Assembly: GCF_003704095.1 (NCBI RefSeq)
Contig: NW_020846122.1
Span: 434,001-496,103, forward strand
DNA: 62,103 nt
From: Pocillopora damicornis
Lineage: Eukaryota
Direction of reading: 5' to 3'
A program made the translations under genes and the position numbers. The notes beneath the pieces are model-generated. The model had not been told where the DNA came from. It worked only from the letters and a program-made list of their open reading frames with translations, and did not search any database. Positions 12,612 through 25,600 of this stretch are shown piece after piece. Each line of letters begins with the position of its first letter. Position 1 is the first letter of the stretch.

Positions 12612-14198
12612 ATGAATGTTGAACTAGGATTCTGATGTCTCTCAGATGTAGATTGATAAGAATCTCCTTTAAAGTCATCCATTCAAGTTGGATGATTTAA
12701 TTACTTGACTTTACTATACGTTCTATTGACCAAGCGGAACTACATCGATCGTGAGCGAAATTCCATAGGTTCGCGATTATCGCTCACGCGATCAAATCTC
12801 GCTGTGAACAACTTAGAAAGCGAAAGGAATGCTCCATAAACCATGTAACATTTTTCGCTGCCATCAGTTATAAAAGGTTATGAGGCACTGTGAGACCTGT
12901 TTTTAAGCTAAAAAGGTTAATGTATCCTTTCAAGAAGTGATATAGCTAAGTTCAAGTGTACTAAATATTCGACTACCTCTTCCACCATTTTGAATATTGC
13001 TTCGCGTCCTGGCCTCTAACTTTAAACGCAACAGATTTAAGCTCACGGCATGGCTGCGCTCGAGCGCAGGCTGCATGAAAATACTAAGGTCAAGAATTGA
13101 AATAGCAACTGTTTGTGAACCATGCATTTTCGTTCCCGTCAAACATTCCTCAGACAAACACGTCAAATCAAATCGATTGACGTCATATCGCGTCACATCT
13201 GTTGATTCAGAGCAGGAGTGGCCCAATGGATACACTTCCTCCATTAATAGGCTGAGCCACAATACTCCCGGTTTGCCGCTGTATTGAAAGAGCAGCAACT
13301 GAAATTGCGCTATAGGAATACTGATAGGTAAACACTGCACGTAGCGACGAAGGAATTCTTTTTTTCTCGTTTTTGTAACAGTTCCGGTTAATGAAACTGA
13401 ACAGGACGTTAAATTAAAAATTTGCAAATAAGTCTCTGACTCAATTCACAGCACACTCAACTCTGTACTTTAAATTAATCATTGTCCTTAAACCTTAGCA
13501 GAAATCTTGAGAATTATTTCGTTCTTTTTCTTTACAAATTGCGATTAAAAACCAATTATTTTTGAAAGCGAGAGGTTACTAAGCATCGTGGGAAAAGTAA
13601 GCAAAGCGGGATTCGTAAAAAAAAAATAATGAAAAAATTAAAATTCCACCCAAGGACTTTTAAAAGTTTTTGTTATCTCGTCCTTTAAACTTTAAAATTG
13701 TCGACCACTTTGTTTGAAAAAGGTATCAATTTGTATTAAATTCAGAAAAAAAGTGTACAATCGTCTGGCACGATTGTTTGTTTGACTACGGTTTTTTTTT
13801 ACTCTTGCAAAACCTACAATAATCCTGAATGGTTTAAATTGCGCAAAAAAAGCATAAAACTGTCCATTTTTAAAAATAGTTTTAGAATAAACCGGAAACA
13901 CATGGCTGTTTCAAATGGGTTCTCTAAAGAAAAATATGACAATATATTTACCTTTCGAGATACCGGTATGGAAATAAAGTAGAAGTTTATTAGTGAATCC
14001 ATCAATCATCGATACAAGAGTACATTTAGCATTGAGGTAATGTAAACAAACTCTGACAGTTGGCTTGAAGGAAGCTAAAACGACAAAACGCAAATGATAT
14101 TTGCACGTAGCACCGATTACTCTTTGTTTACAACTTACTTGAGGCGAAGACATGCTACGCGTTATAAGCTGAATTAAGTTTGAGCATCTTTTAATGAT

Positions 14199-16658
14199 AT
14201 GAGCAAAAACAGTTTGCGTAAACGAACCGAAACGATGCCCATTAATTTAAAGATTGACAAATCAACGAGAGAATCAAGTTTTGGAACTTCAGTGAGCCGG
14301 GAGAGCAGTTTCAGCAGTGTCGAATTAGGCGCATCGAATTCTGTTAGTCGTGAGAGCAGTTTTTCCAGCGTGGCGAGTAGCAGTGGAAGTGGTGGGGTTT
14401 TCGAAGTGGATTCATCTCGGTCGTCATCTAGATCTAATTCCTGGCGATCGAGCGAGGATTCCAGCGAAAGACAACGAATTTCAAGCGTAACAGATCAACA
14501 GTATCAAAGATTGCATAATGCAAGGGAAAGATTTCGCAAAGCGAGGGAACCGACTTCAAATGACTCTTCTCCCACAGAAGAGTGTCACACCCCACCCGAA
14601 AACACCCGATCAATGACGAACCTTAAAAGACCCGAAGTCCATGGAAGAAGTGCATCTGAACCGCAAGTTTTGGTGCTGTCTCCGATCTCAAGTCAGTCAA
14701 AGCTTTCCGCAAGTCCCGAGGGCTTGGTAATCTCAACGCCGCCTGTGAAAAGATTCATCGAATATCGCTTAAGATCGCGATCTTTCACTGGGTCCGAACA
14801 AAATGAGGAAGAAAAGGGGGAGATGAGAAGTCTTCGATCAAGTTTCTCTCACTCGCACCTTCAGGTTCCAGACAGTAGAAATGAATGCACAAGACGATCT
14901 GGACGAAAAAGTCGTGAAGAGATGCAAGACCAGGTAAATATCTTTTAAATTGCAGTATCGTACTTCTGTTTATTGTTTACAAGGGATAAGCAACGGTTTG
15001 ATTAAATGCCGCGTCACTTGAACTCCAGCAATCTATGTCCCATTTCAGTTTATTAATGCATCTTCTATCGTTTTCTTCTTGGCGGAATTTATACTTAGAG
15101 CCTTCTTCAAGTTGAGGGTGTTTAACCTTCACAAGAAATGACTCTATTCGCTAATAAAAGCTGACTTATTACTCGTAAACTGAACAGGGCAAACCATCTT
15201 ACGTTTCACAGATAATTCTCCTAGGTAATTTTAACCTAAATTGTTTCCAAGGTAACCCCAAATGAAACTTAGCATTGATCGGTTTAATTTCTTGCAATTA
15301 ATTAATTATTTTTCAATTATTTGCTCTTCTGCTGAGCGAATGGAATAAAATTCCAATTAACAGAAAACAATAAGAATGGAGAAGGATTCCAAGCTATTTA
15401 CAATTTGACTAGAAAAGTGTGCAAGCATTTTAAATCTCGTGTCAACAAAGGAATGAGTCTCGAGAATCATTATGGCCCGAACAGGAAGTTTTCTTGTTCA
15501 AGCATGTTACATCTTTGGTAAGCAATCGGGTTTACTTTGCTTTCATCTACATCACTTTTACGCCTATGCACATTGTTATCTTAATCCGTGTGTTGACACG
15601 CTTTGCATGATGGAATACTTAGAATTCGCTTCCGCACTTGCTTAGTCGTCCAGGCGAGTAACCTCTACCCTGAGCTGTACTTCCTTCAATAGCTAACGAT
15701 GCGTTTCGCCAAAATTTAACGACTTTAGGCCATAATTGTAATCCTAAAGGCAGTATATGGCGTTAATTTTGTTTCCTCACACCAATTTTTTGTGCATGAA
15801 ATAAAAGAATGATAATGTGCGTCATAAAGTTTCCCTGACAATTTTCCGGTATTTTTACCTCTCAGGGACTGAGAGGCTGTTCGTATGCGGTCATAAAAAA
15901 AAAGTCGGCCATAAAATCCGCCACTCGTTAACGTGATTGCAAACTTGCCCGTACAAAATCCTTAAAATGAAACTCTAACTAAAAGCACTGCCAATCACAC
16001 AAGCTATTGTCGTCTACGTCATTTGTCTGCGAACTTACGGATTAGCGCGCGTCACGCCAGTTCGTCACACGTCACGCCAGCTCGATCTTCTTCTCAACTG
16101 GGGCTCTTTTAGGGAAAAGAATACCGCCCATTTTCTCGGAAACACACATTAGAGTCCAATGAGGTAACACATTTTGCCACTGCGTTTCATTATTAAGATT
16201 GAAAATCAATTCTAAAGACAGTACGATTTCAAGATCTCATAATCGAAGCAAATGGACTCCATATTAAAGCAGTCCTTGATCGCAATTGCGAAGATTAGTT
16301 GTGAAGCAGTGCTCCTTAGTTGCCTTAGCTGTAAACAGCTGTTTTAAATTGCAGTAGAGTACTTTTAGATCGTGTGTCCTCAAACGAAAACCAGAAAAAT
16401 AAAACTCACGGTTTAAAGGATTTACAAGGACTCTAAGTAAGCCTATACAACCCAGATGATGACTGGTATTCATCAGTTTTAGCTCTGCAAATGATTCGTG
16501 AAGAGTATATCGCGAGTTTTCCAAACCAATCACAGAGCATTGTAAAGCAGAAACAAGGAATTTTGGACTAATCATGTGACCTTCAATTTTGAAATTGTTG
16601 TATAATTTTCGTTTATACGTTCGAGTCTGTTTTACTTCCGCAAACGTTGTCATTCAGT

Positions 16659-16695
<37 letters not shown>

Positions 16696-19051
16696 TACTT
16701 ACTTACCCTTGAATTCTAGTTCCTAGATATTTCTTGTAGTTTTTATTTTGTGTAATGTCTGATAGTTACTTCTTGTTCTTCGGGGTTAGAATGTGGAGAA
16801 AGTTACAGCTTCAGAAGAAGATTATCAGGCGTTAAAGAAGGTAAGAATATTTGAAATTTACTCTACGAATGTAAATTTTTTAATCGGTTCTTAGCAAGCG
16901 ACTTTGGATCGTATATCTTCATTAAAGCTCTCGCGAGATGAATGCATGCATAATACATTTGAGGATGACATTAGGCAAAAACCGCTTCTTTTTTATAACA
17001 AACCCTTCAAGTTCGATTCCTTTCCTAAGCGTGGCTGATAAATGATCACTTTGCAGTGCGTTGTGCCGTTAAGCACAAAGGGTATCTAGAATAAACCTTC
17101 TGGGAAATGAATCAAAGAAGGGTTCAGCCCATGAAAATTTACTCAGACCAAAATCCTCAAAATTGAGCGTACTCTTGATTTTAGCATGATAACTGGAAAT
17201 TTCGTTCCAGTCGCTTCTAATAGAGGCTACGTTGATAAGAGGTGAAAAAGGAGATCACATGTACAGCGACTACCTTTAAGTTGGCTTACTCGTCGCGACC
17301 TTTTCCTACAACCACAGGAAATGGAGAATTTGCGACAAGAGCGTGACAGTTTGAGGCACGAATGTGACCGATTGCGGTGTGAGCGTGACGCAGTGCAGTT
17401 GGAACGTGACACTCTGTTGGGTGAAAAGAGTAATTTGCAAGCTGAGCTGAATAACAGGAATGACATCATACAGCATCTTCAGGATCACGTGGTGAGTAAT
17501 GTCACTTGAGAAAGCTGAGTGTATATATCAAGCATGTTGCTAATCTCGTACCTAGATCCTACCTTGTAACTGTAACTGAAGGGAGCTAACAACCTCTTGG
17601 TCGTGAGAAGTCTGGGTACGAGACTTGCATGGAGCTATAGCTTGGGTAATACAAGCAAAAATGTAGTGTTTTCTAGAACTCTTGAAACCTTGGTTGGTTA
17701 ATTTTTTTTTAGTGTTTTCTACGGACTTCATCCTTTAGTATCTAACTGCGCATCTTTAACCATTTAAACATTCAGGGTGGCTAGCATCTTATGTCTCTCT
17801 ATGGCATCACTGCTGAATCAAACTTAAGGCTCATGGGAACTTGGAAAATGATCATTAACTTGAAAAAGACTCGATTTTTAAGTAACTTCTCCTTGTGAAG
17901 ACCATGGGAAATGTAGATCGAAGAATATGGAGAATATGTGCATTGGTTTTTAGGGAATTAAATTCTGATACTTCTTGCGTGATCGTTGTTTGCACATGGA
18001 AACAAACTTTGACCCGTTCGATCGTTCAGTTTGAAGTTGTGTATAGACTTTACAAATTGGTCCTATAAAAGGGTATAGTTTTGTGTATTGTCCGCAAAAA
18101 AGGGCTTGGAGCAAGGAAATGTCGACAGGTTTTTAAGAACGTCTTTTCCACCCAGATTCAAATGATATTCAGAGGAAAGGGGGTAAGTTTCTAGAGAAAC
18201 TTTGGTGTCATGTCGGTGAGGGTTATTACGAGATAATTTGGTGTTATCAACAGAGTTGATAATGTGAAATGGCTATCGTAAAGAGTTTCAAAGTTGGCGT
18301 TTCAAGCGTTAGCCTTGGGTATTCGCTCTGACAAAGGGCTTACGCTCGAAACGTTAGCTTTAGAAACTCTGTGCAGTGGCCACTTTTCATTATCAACTCA
18401 GATAACCCTTGTTTACCCCTCCCCTCTCCCTACTGACGCAGCACCACAGTTGTTTTAGAAACTTATCCCCTTTATTCATTTAAATTTCTGAAGAACAGTT
18501 TTGGGAGTAGATGATACCTGGTCATCCCATTTAGGTAGAGGAAGACGATATGTTTAGAAATGTCAAGTTACGAAACCGAGAGGAAATTGAAAAACGATGT
18601 ACTCCGAAGGTCCGCTCTAGGCGAGGTCCTTCAACGGCATACAAAGCACATAACCTTTTTCAGGTTCTTTTTAGGTGACACAACCTGATTTCAAGTAAAT
18701 ACACTCATGCGAGTCACTGAAATTTTCAAATCTGGGCCCAGTTCTATAAAGATCGGATAACGCTATCTAGAGGATAAATTTCTCCTCGACTGATGAGTGA
18801 TAGCAAAACGTAGTGCGTCATTCACCGTATACAGTTTTATCCAGTGGATACCGTTATCCAATCTTCGAACAATCGGGCCTTGATGACTTGTGACCTTCTC
18901 TTCTTTTCAGTCAATGTCAGTTCATTCCCTGGTCGAGCCAGATGCTGCCAAATCGACCCCTAAAAGGCAAAGGTCAAAGTCTGAAGTGCGCCGCCCAGCA
19001 TTCTACTTCCCTGAGGAGATGGCAAAGACAAACGCTTACACTTGTCTATAA
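14199..19051 (+). CDS. Uncharacterised Ser-rich protein with coiled coil and C-terminal PDZ-binding-like motif (spliced)
   Basis: Exons 14199-14933, 16790-16840, 17318-17491, a probable exon near 18535-18625 (boundaries uncertain), and 18911-19051 ending ..TNAYTCL-stop. Heptad repeat ENLRQERDSLRHECDRLRCERDAVQLERDTLLGEKSNLQAEL. Confidence 0.75.
16659..16692. repeat. Poly-G tract (34 nt)
   Basis: Directly visible. Confidence 0.95.
18177..18475. mobile_element. Inverted pair of Penelope-like element 3' ends (pLTR-type) carrying degenerate hammerhead motifs
   Basis: The left arm (AAGGGGGTAAGTTTCTAGAGAAAC..TTATCAACAGAGTTGATAA..GCGTTTCAAGCGTTAGCC) is the reverse complement of the right arm (GGGCTTACGCTCGAAACGTTAGC..TTATCAACTCAG..GCAGCACCACAG..TAGAAACTTATCCCCTTT). 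Same family as 59735-60140. Confidence 0.7.
18735..18880. mobile_element. Palindromic MITE (GGCCCCAGTT..GGATAACGCTATC..TTATCCA..AACAA..GGGCC)
   Basis: Inverted termini and internal repeated GGATA/TATCC; a related copy lies at about 42552-42700. Confidence 0.65.
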
Positions 19052-19512
19052 AAAATGTTACAGCGCTGTAGTCTTTTAAATTATTGCTCAAGAGGCTATT
19101 ATAATTTATCCTTTGGTGTTTGAATGCGCATCGTCAATATAGATAACTTCTCGCGCTTCTCGCGTGATCAGTGTTGACGCAATAAATAATAATATGGTGA
19201 CTCGCTGTTTAACACGTTTTTTTTTATTCTTCTATTTTTTTTGGCGTAAACGTTTCTTTCTTAAAGTGCATCATTCAAGCATTTTCTCCCTTGTCACTAA
19301 CATGATGTTATTTGGAGGTTCAACTCAATGGGCTGGTTGTTACCTCGGGTAATCTCTATAGGAAAGTTGATTTAATTCAATAAAGGTTATTTCCACGATT
19401 AGCTTTCGGTCCTCTTGACACTGTTACACAAATATAAATGTTCAGATAAAAATTTCAGCTAAATAAAACATAGATTAGAACGTGGTTTGGTTAAACAACA
19501 ACTACGCCTTAT

Positions 19513-20040
19513 TTAAATAAGCGCATCCCTCAGGTGTGCCGCCCTGCTGTCAGTTAGACGATTATCACTGAGGTATAACACCGCGAGTTTACAGTTGCCA
19601 TGTTTAAGTGCATCAATTAGGTGTGCGGCCCCGACGTAAATCAGACGATTATTACTGTGGTATAACATGGCAAGTTTATAATTGCCATGTTTAAGTACAT
19701 CACTCAAGTGTGCTCGTAAACTTGCCAACAAGTCAATGTTGAAGCTTGGTAAAAACATCGATGCTACGCATTTCTTGAGCCTCACCGGGGCTCCGGCCAC
19801 ACATTGAATCACCAGTTTTCAAGCGCTTTGGTGAATATGATCAGCAAAAATTCCTGCAATTCTTGGGTTTCCTTCATGGTATCGATCACATGCTTAGCAA
19901 CTAGGAATTCTTGAACAGTAAGGAGCATGAAACAGAATTGAGTTTCACTTAGGTCAAGAGGGGCTGGGCCAGCTAGGTCAGGTAAACGATGGAGCAATCC
20001 ACAGTCTTCTAGTCCTTCGACTTCTTGTGTCGTTAAGATT
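19513..20040 (-). pseudogene. Degenerate, internally deleted paralog of the adjacent NLR
   Basis: Fragment LTTQEVEGLEDCGLLHRLPDLAGPAPLDLSETQFCFMLLTVQEFLVAKHVIDTMKETQELQEF closely parallels the neighbour's KEVEGVEDCGLLHRLPDLNSPTPLDAGEAQFCFLHLTIQEFLAAKHVVDTIKKTEELRKF. It is followed by frameshifts and only 2-3 LRRs (DALKHGNCKLAVLYLSDNRL). Confidence 0.85.
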
Positions 20041-20346
20041 AATTCACTTCTCCGTTTGTGAAAAATATTGCTTGCAGGTTTGACGTAACGAGGCTTTTGC
20101 CGGCAAGAATTAGCTGCATACTTTTAGCCAATCAGATCTGACACCGAAAAACCGATAACTGATAGTTGTACTTCAAGGGAAGTGGCTTAGTATTCAAGGT
20201 AGCGGGAAATTCGAGTTTATGAAGCAGAAAACACACAAAAATTTAAACTTTCAACAATCGTTTCCTTTATTTCCTTTTTCAGCTAGAAGTAAGCGAAATA
20301 CACTGACCAAAAAGTTTGCACTAAGGAACCGTTTTAGGCTGAAATG

Positions 20347-22543
20347 TTATGCACAACTTTTGTAGAAGGCATTCCATAGACGTGCGAGTTGTTCTTCGCG
20401 TATATTGTTTCCTTCGACATTATACTCAGTGAGTGTGCGATTCTCATTTTTAAATGCTTCAAGTAGCTTTTCTGCTCCCTCATCTCCTATGTTGTTGGCA
20501 GAAAGATTCAGTTCAATGAGTTTACAATTCACATTTTTAAGTGCTTCACTTATATGTGCTGCTCCTTGGTCCTTTACATTGTTTCTTTCAAGGATCAACA
20601 CGGTGAGTTTACAGTTTTCTTTCTTAAGGGCATCAGTCAGGTGCTCTGCGCCCTTATCTCCAATATCATTAGCCTTAAGGTTCAACTCAGTGAGTTTGCA
20701 TTTTACCGATTGAAGTGCATCAGCTAGATGTGCCGCTCCTCTTTCTCCTACATTGTTAAAAGCAAGGTCTAACTTAATTAGTTCACATGACGCATTTTTA
20801 AGTGTATCAGCCAAATATGCTGCCCCATACTCTCCAACATTGTTCCTACCAAGTTCCAACACGGTGAGTTTACAATTTCCATCTTTTAGTGCATCGCAAA
20901 GGTGTTGTGCCCCATCGAGTCCTATGCTGTTACCACTAAGGCCCAACACAGTTAGTTTACAATTTGCAACTTTAAGTGCTCTACTTAGGTGACCTACTCC
21001 ATTGTCCCCTATATCGTTACCTGCAAATTCCAATTCAGTTAGTTTACAATTTACATCTTCTAATGCATGAGAAACATATGTTGCCCCTGTGATTTTGGCT
21101 TTGTTACGGGGAAGACGCAACACGGTCAGTTTACAATTTACATCTTCAAGTGCATCTCTCAGACTCAACAATCCCTTGTTTCTGATTTTGCAATCGCCAA
21201 TGTCTAACAGAGTCAGTCTACAATTTTCGTTTCTAAGAGCATCACTTAGGAGTGCTGCTCCGTTGTCTCCTATATCGTTACCATAAAGGTGTAACTCCGT
21301 GAGTTTACAATGTTCATTTTTAAGTGCAATAGCTAAATATTTAGCTCCTTTGTCTCCTATGTTGTTACCTTTAAGATCCAGCGTGGTTAGTTTACAGCTA
21401 TTTTCTTTCAGTGCATCACATATTGTTTTTGCTCCTTTCTCATCTATTCTGTTATAAGAGAGTTGTAACTTTGTTAGTGTACAATGTTGGTGTTTAAGTG
21501 CGTCACCCAGTTGTTGCGCTCCCTTACACCCTATCTCGTTGCGAGACAAATTCAAACTACGTAACTTGAATACACACTTACTACTATCACTTTGATCAAC
21601 CCACTTTTGAACCTCCATACAACCCAACCAACTTATTTCATTACGTTCTAATGTTAACAAGATTGTTCCAGCGTTTTTAAGGAAATGCACTAAAGCTGCA
21701 CAGTCAACAGGTGCTAAATTACAACCACTAAAATCCACTGCATTAAAACCAATTTCTTCAATTTTGCTTGTCACAGCAGATTGCTGCTCTAATTCGAGAT
21801 CATACAAACAGTTGCATATGCGCAAGGCCAAATCTTTGTCTCCATCAGTTGGCCAACAGGTCAATGTAGTTGGCTCTTCAACTGCATAGTTCCAAGCAAC
21901 ATTCATGAGTTCCTTTTCATTCGTCTTACTTGTGGCCATGGGAAGAAGTTCTGTAAACATTTTCACCGCTGACATTTCTCCAGCAGCATCGGGGTCTAAA
22001 AGTCCAGCCACAAACTGCATCACTACTTGCCAAGCACTTTGGTTGATTTTATCTGAAGCAAATTTCCGCAATTCTTCAGTTTTCTTTATGGTATCTACCA
22101 CATGCTTAGCGGCAAGAAATTCTTGTATTGTTAGGTGCAGGAAACAGAACTGAGCTTCACCTGCGTCAAGAGGAGTTGGGCTATTCAGGTCAGGTAGACG
22201 ATGGAGCAATCCACAGTCCTCTACTCCTTCAACTTCTTTTGCTGTAAAGGTCAGTCTGCCCTCTTCAAGTCCGAGAAGGGCGATCTTTCCCAATTTACTA
22301 AAAACACTCTGAACTTGGGAGGGCAATTCGCAGTATCTTGTAAAAATAAACTGATCATTGGAGTCCTTAGACCCACGATATTCATCATTGTGTCTAAAGA
22401 AGAAAATCTTTAGGGCCAAACTATATATCTTGGTCAGCTTAGTGGGTAAATTGCAACCATTAGAATGCAGTTGTGACAAGCAGGAACAAATGATGAAGCA
22501 ATGGACAGGAATATAGCAAAAGGTGAAGAGATTGATATTTGTA
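20347..22543 (-). CDS. NLRC3-like NACHT-LRR (NLR) protein; N-terminus and P-loop fall in or beyond the gap
   Basis: The frame stays open up to the gap (TNINLFTFCYIPVHCFIICSCL, HD1/GxP region). Winged-helix motif FCFLHLTIQEFLAA, then HD2, then about 14-15 ribonuclease-inhibitor-type 28-aa LRRs (CKLTxLxLxxNxIGDxGAxxLxDALK). No introns in the visible part. Confidence 0.93.
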
Positions 22544-22645
22544 NNNNNNNNNNNNNNNNNNNNNNNNNNNNNNNNNNNNNNNNNNNNNNNNNNNNNNNNN
22601 NNNNNNNNNNNNNNNNNNNNNNNNNNNNNNNNNNNNNNNNNNNCT

Positions 22646-25600
22646 ATGCGATTTTCTCACAGTGAGGGTCAAACAGATGTCTGTTTCGACGAAACGGGAA
22701 GGTAACTTAAGTGGAACGGTGTTTATGACCAGTTTTTTCAATCTCCATGATCAGTGGCGCGTTTTGCGGAATGTTATTTTCTTGTCGTTGGCAAAACAGT
22801 GTTTGAATTGGTGTCACTTCGCTACGTCGTCTGATCTTTCTGACTTAGATCACTTCTCTTAAAGAGGAATAGATTTATTAATCAATATGTCGACTGATCT
22901 CTCTACGAATATAATGCAAAGTAGGATCAAAGCAATGAAATGTTTACACGATCGATCGTTCGAGTCTGTAGATTTTACTGCCAGTAAGGAGAAGTGATGC
23001 AAAGCTTTCGATAGATTCAATTCGTCCAATGAAATTTACACGAAATAAAGCAAGTTTTAGTTGTGATGAGATATGTTAGAAGAAAGGATAACTCGGTTTG
23101 TAAGCATACTGTACTTTTTCGGATCAGATACTTATAAATGTCGCTTTGAATCGCCTATCATTCACTGTTGTGGTTTCAGTTACCTTTTGACTTGTGGCTC
23201 AGATGGAGATGTACGTATCTACAAAGATTTTGATGATAGTGATCCGGAATCAGTCAGGGCTGGAGAAAATGTGACAGTGTTAGTAGTCAAGGTACATGCC
23301 TGCAAGCTAAAAAATCTTTTGTATTGGGTTAAACTGAAAGAATATTAAGTAAGAACCACATTTATTTTTGCATGGTGCTACATATACAGGTGCTGTGTGC
23401 CATTAGTTAGTCTCTGATATTCTTTGCTTCATCATTTCACAATACTACACAACGGTTTTTCCCTGAGCCATAGTCAGCCTTATAATTTGCTTATTAGTAA
23501 AATGTTATTGTTGCTTATAATTTTTTGATGTCCGTAACATTTAAAATTGTTATTACTTTGCGAAATTTTTTCACAGAACAAGAAAATAGTCACTGCATCG
23601 GACAACTCTGTTCAAGTATTTACCTTCCCTGAGGTAGTTGCCAATGTTTTGTCTTTATTAGTTAAATGATTTGCATGTATTTAATATATTTTGTGGCTGC
23701 ACTTAGATATAAGCAGGGATTATTTTTATTTTCAATATTGTTACATAGCACTAAGTTTTCAAAGTTGTTTATCATGATCATAAAGAGGAATGTAGAGTTT
23801 GATCACAGAGTTTTCGATGAAATCACTTCATAACAGTGATAAAGTGGAATCCCAGCTTTGCTTGTGTATGATTTTAAACACTTTTCATAGGTTTCTAAAT
23901 ACATGGAAGATTTGTTTGAACTACAAATTGTGCTATGCAACCCAAGTTTTGAATTGGTATTTGTGAAGTGTTTAAAACATAGACATGAAGTAAATGTTTA
24001 TTTAACTTAAAGTTGTGGATTCTCAGTTCAGATCATGGAATGGAAAAGCTGAATTTTATTTAATGGACACAAATATTTTGTACAGTGGTAAAATAATTCA
24101 ACATTTTTATTTTCAGCAGTTTTATTTTTATTTAAGATACTGGCTTGTAAGATTCATTAATAGTTTTTTCAGTGATTTTGAATGAAATGCTTTGTAATAT
24201 TAGGGGTCTCCTGATGGAATCCTCACAAGATTTACAGCTCCTGTCAATCACATCTGCTTTAACCAATCAGGAACAGTGTTTGCAGCAGGAGCAAGGTTTG
24301 TCAAATGGCTACTGAAGATGAATTTCTGATTTGTGAAACAGTGTCCATGTGGTACTTTGAATAACTGTGAACAAAGGTCTCAGCAGATCTTTCCAGATGG
24401 AAAATTCTAGTAAAGAAAGCTGCAGGTGTTTGTTACAAACTTAGGACAAAGAAAATTCAAATCAGTTTGCCTGGGCCAATTTTACAGAAGAGTGCTTCAC
24501 AAATGTCTGCATGCTTCATTATACAATAAACTCATATCAATGAGTGTTTGATGTTTAATAATAATTATGAATGAAAAATTTGCACACTTTTGATTGGCTC
24601 GACTTGAGTGCATTTTTCATGTGACATGAGTGCAAAACTACAAGGGCAAATTACAAAAAGTGCATGCTGTCTTGACTTTCTGTAATGCTCTTTTTACATG
24701 AATTGTTAATATTTTATTATTTTAATTATTAATAAATATTATTTCTTGTGTAATTGGTGTAATGAGAATGAATAAATTTTTCAAAGACCACAAATTACAC
24801 TTTCCCTATAGGCTCATGCAATATTGTTCTATTTCAAACATTTGCTTGTGCTAATATTAACAACAAATTGCACTTAAAATCATGTTGTCACCTATATTAA
24901 TTGCCACATGTTTNNNNNNNNNNNNNNNNNNNNNNNNNNNNNNNNNNNNNNNNNNNNNNNNNNNNNNNNNNNNNNNNNNNNNNNNNNNNNNNNNNNNNNN
25001 NNNNNNNNNNNNNCTGATCATTGATGTCTAGATTCATATTAATGGGAATTAATATTTATTGAAATAAGTGATGCTAAGATGAAAAAAAAAACTCATCTAC
25101 CTTCTGTTTACTCTTCTCTTTTTGGAATCTTTTTCTAGTATATGGCTGTTCCCGTGGATAAAACTGTCAAGGTACCTATTATCCCTTTACATCTTAACAT
25201 CAGAATATATATTCTCTATACTGTTCTCTATACATTTCCTAAGCTGCAGACAAGGAGATATGTTCCAACAATCAAGAGCTTCTAAAGTTGATGATTGTTT
25301 CATTTATTTTCATGGCCTTAGTTCATGGGTGACATTCAGCTAACCAGAAAGCCCGTTAGTCAGTCAGTTAGTTGGTCAGTAGGCCGGTCAGTCAATTGGT
25401 CAGTCAATCAGTTGGTCAGTCTGTTAGTCTGTTCATCTGTTTGTCCATCAGTCGGTCAGTTAGTCAGTCAGTTGCTCAGTCAGTCAGCTGGCTACTCAGT
25501 CAACCTCATAGTCAGTCAATTAATTACATCACCTGTGCATCCACCTGTCATGATCAGTCACTCAGTCAGCCATTCAGGGAGCAAGTGAGTGAGTGAGTCA

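Noticed and set aside
12930-13427. 165-aa minus-strand ORF
   Set aside because: No recognisable motifs or splice structure; the region looks like promoter/5' UTR of the downstream plus-strand gene (CRE TGACGTCA at about 13178).
18790-18811. Hammerhead-like CTGATGAG..AAAAC
   Set aside because: No GAAA core and no stems; it lies in a diverged MITE.
20405-22413. Plus-strand ORFs overlapping the NLR
   Set aside because: Antisense shadows of the repetitive LRR coding sequence.
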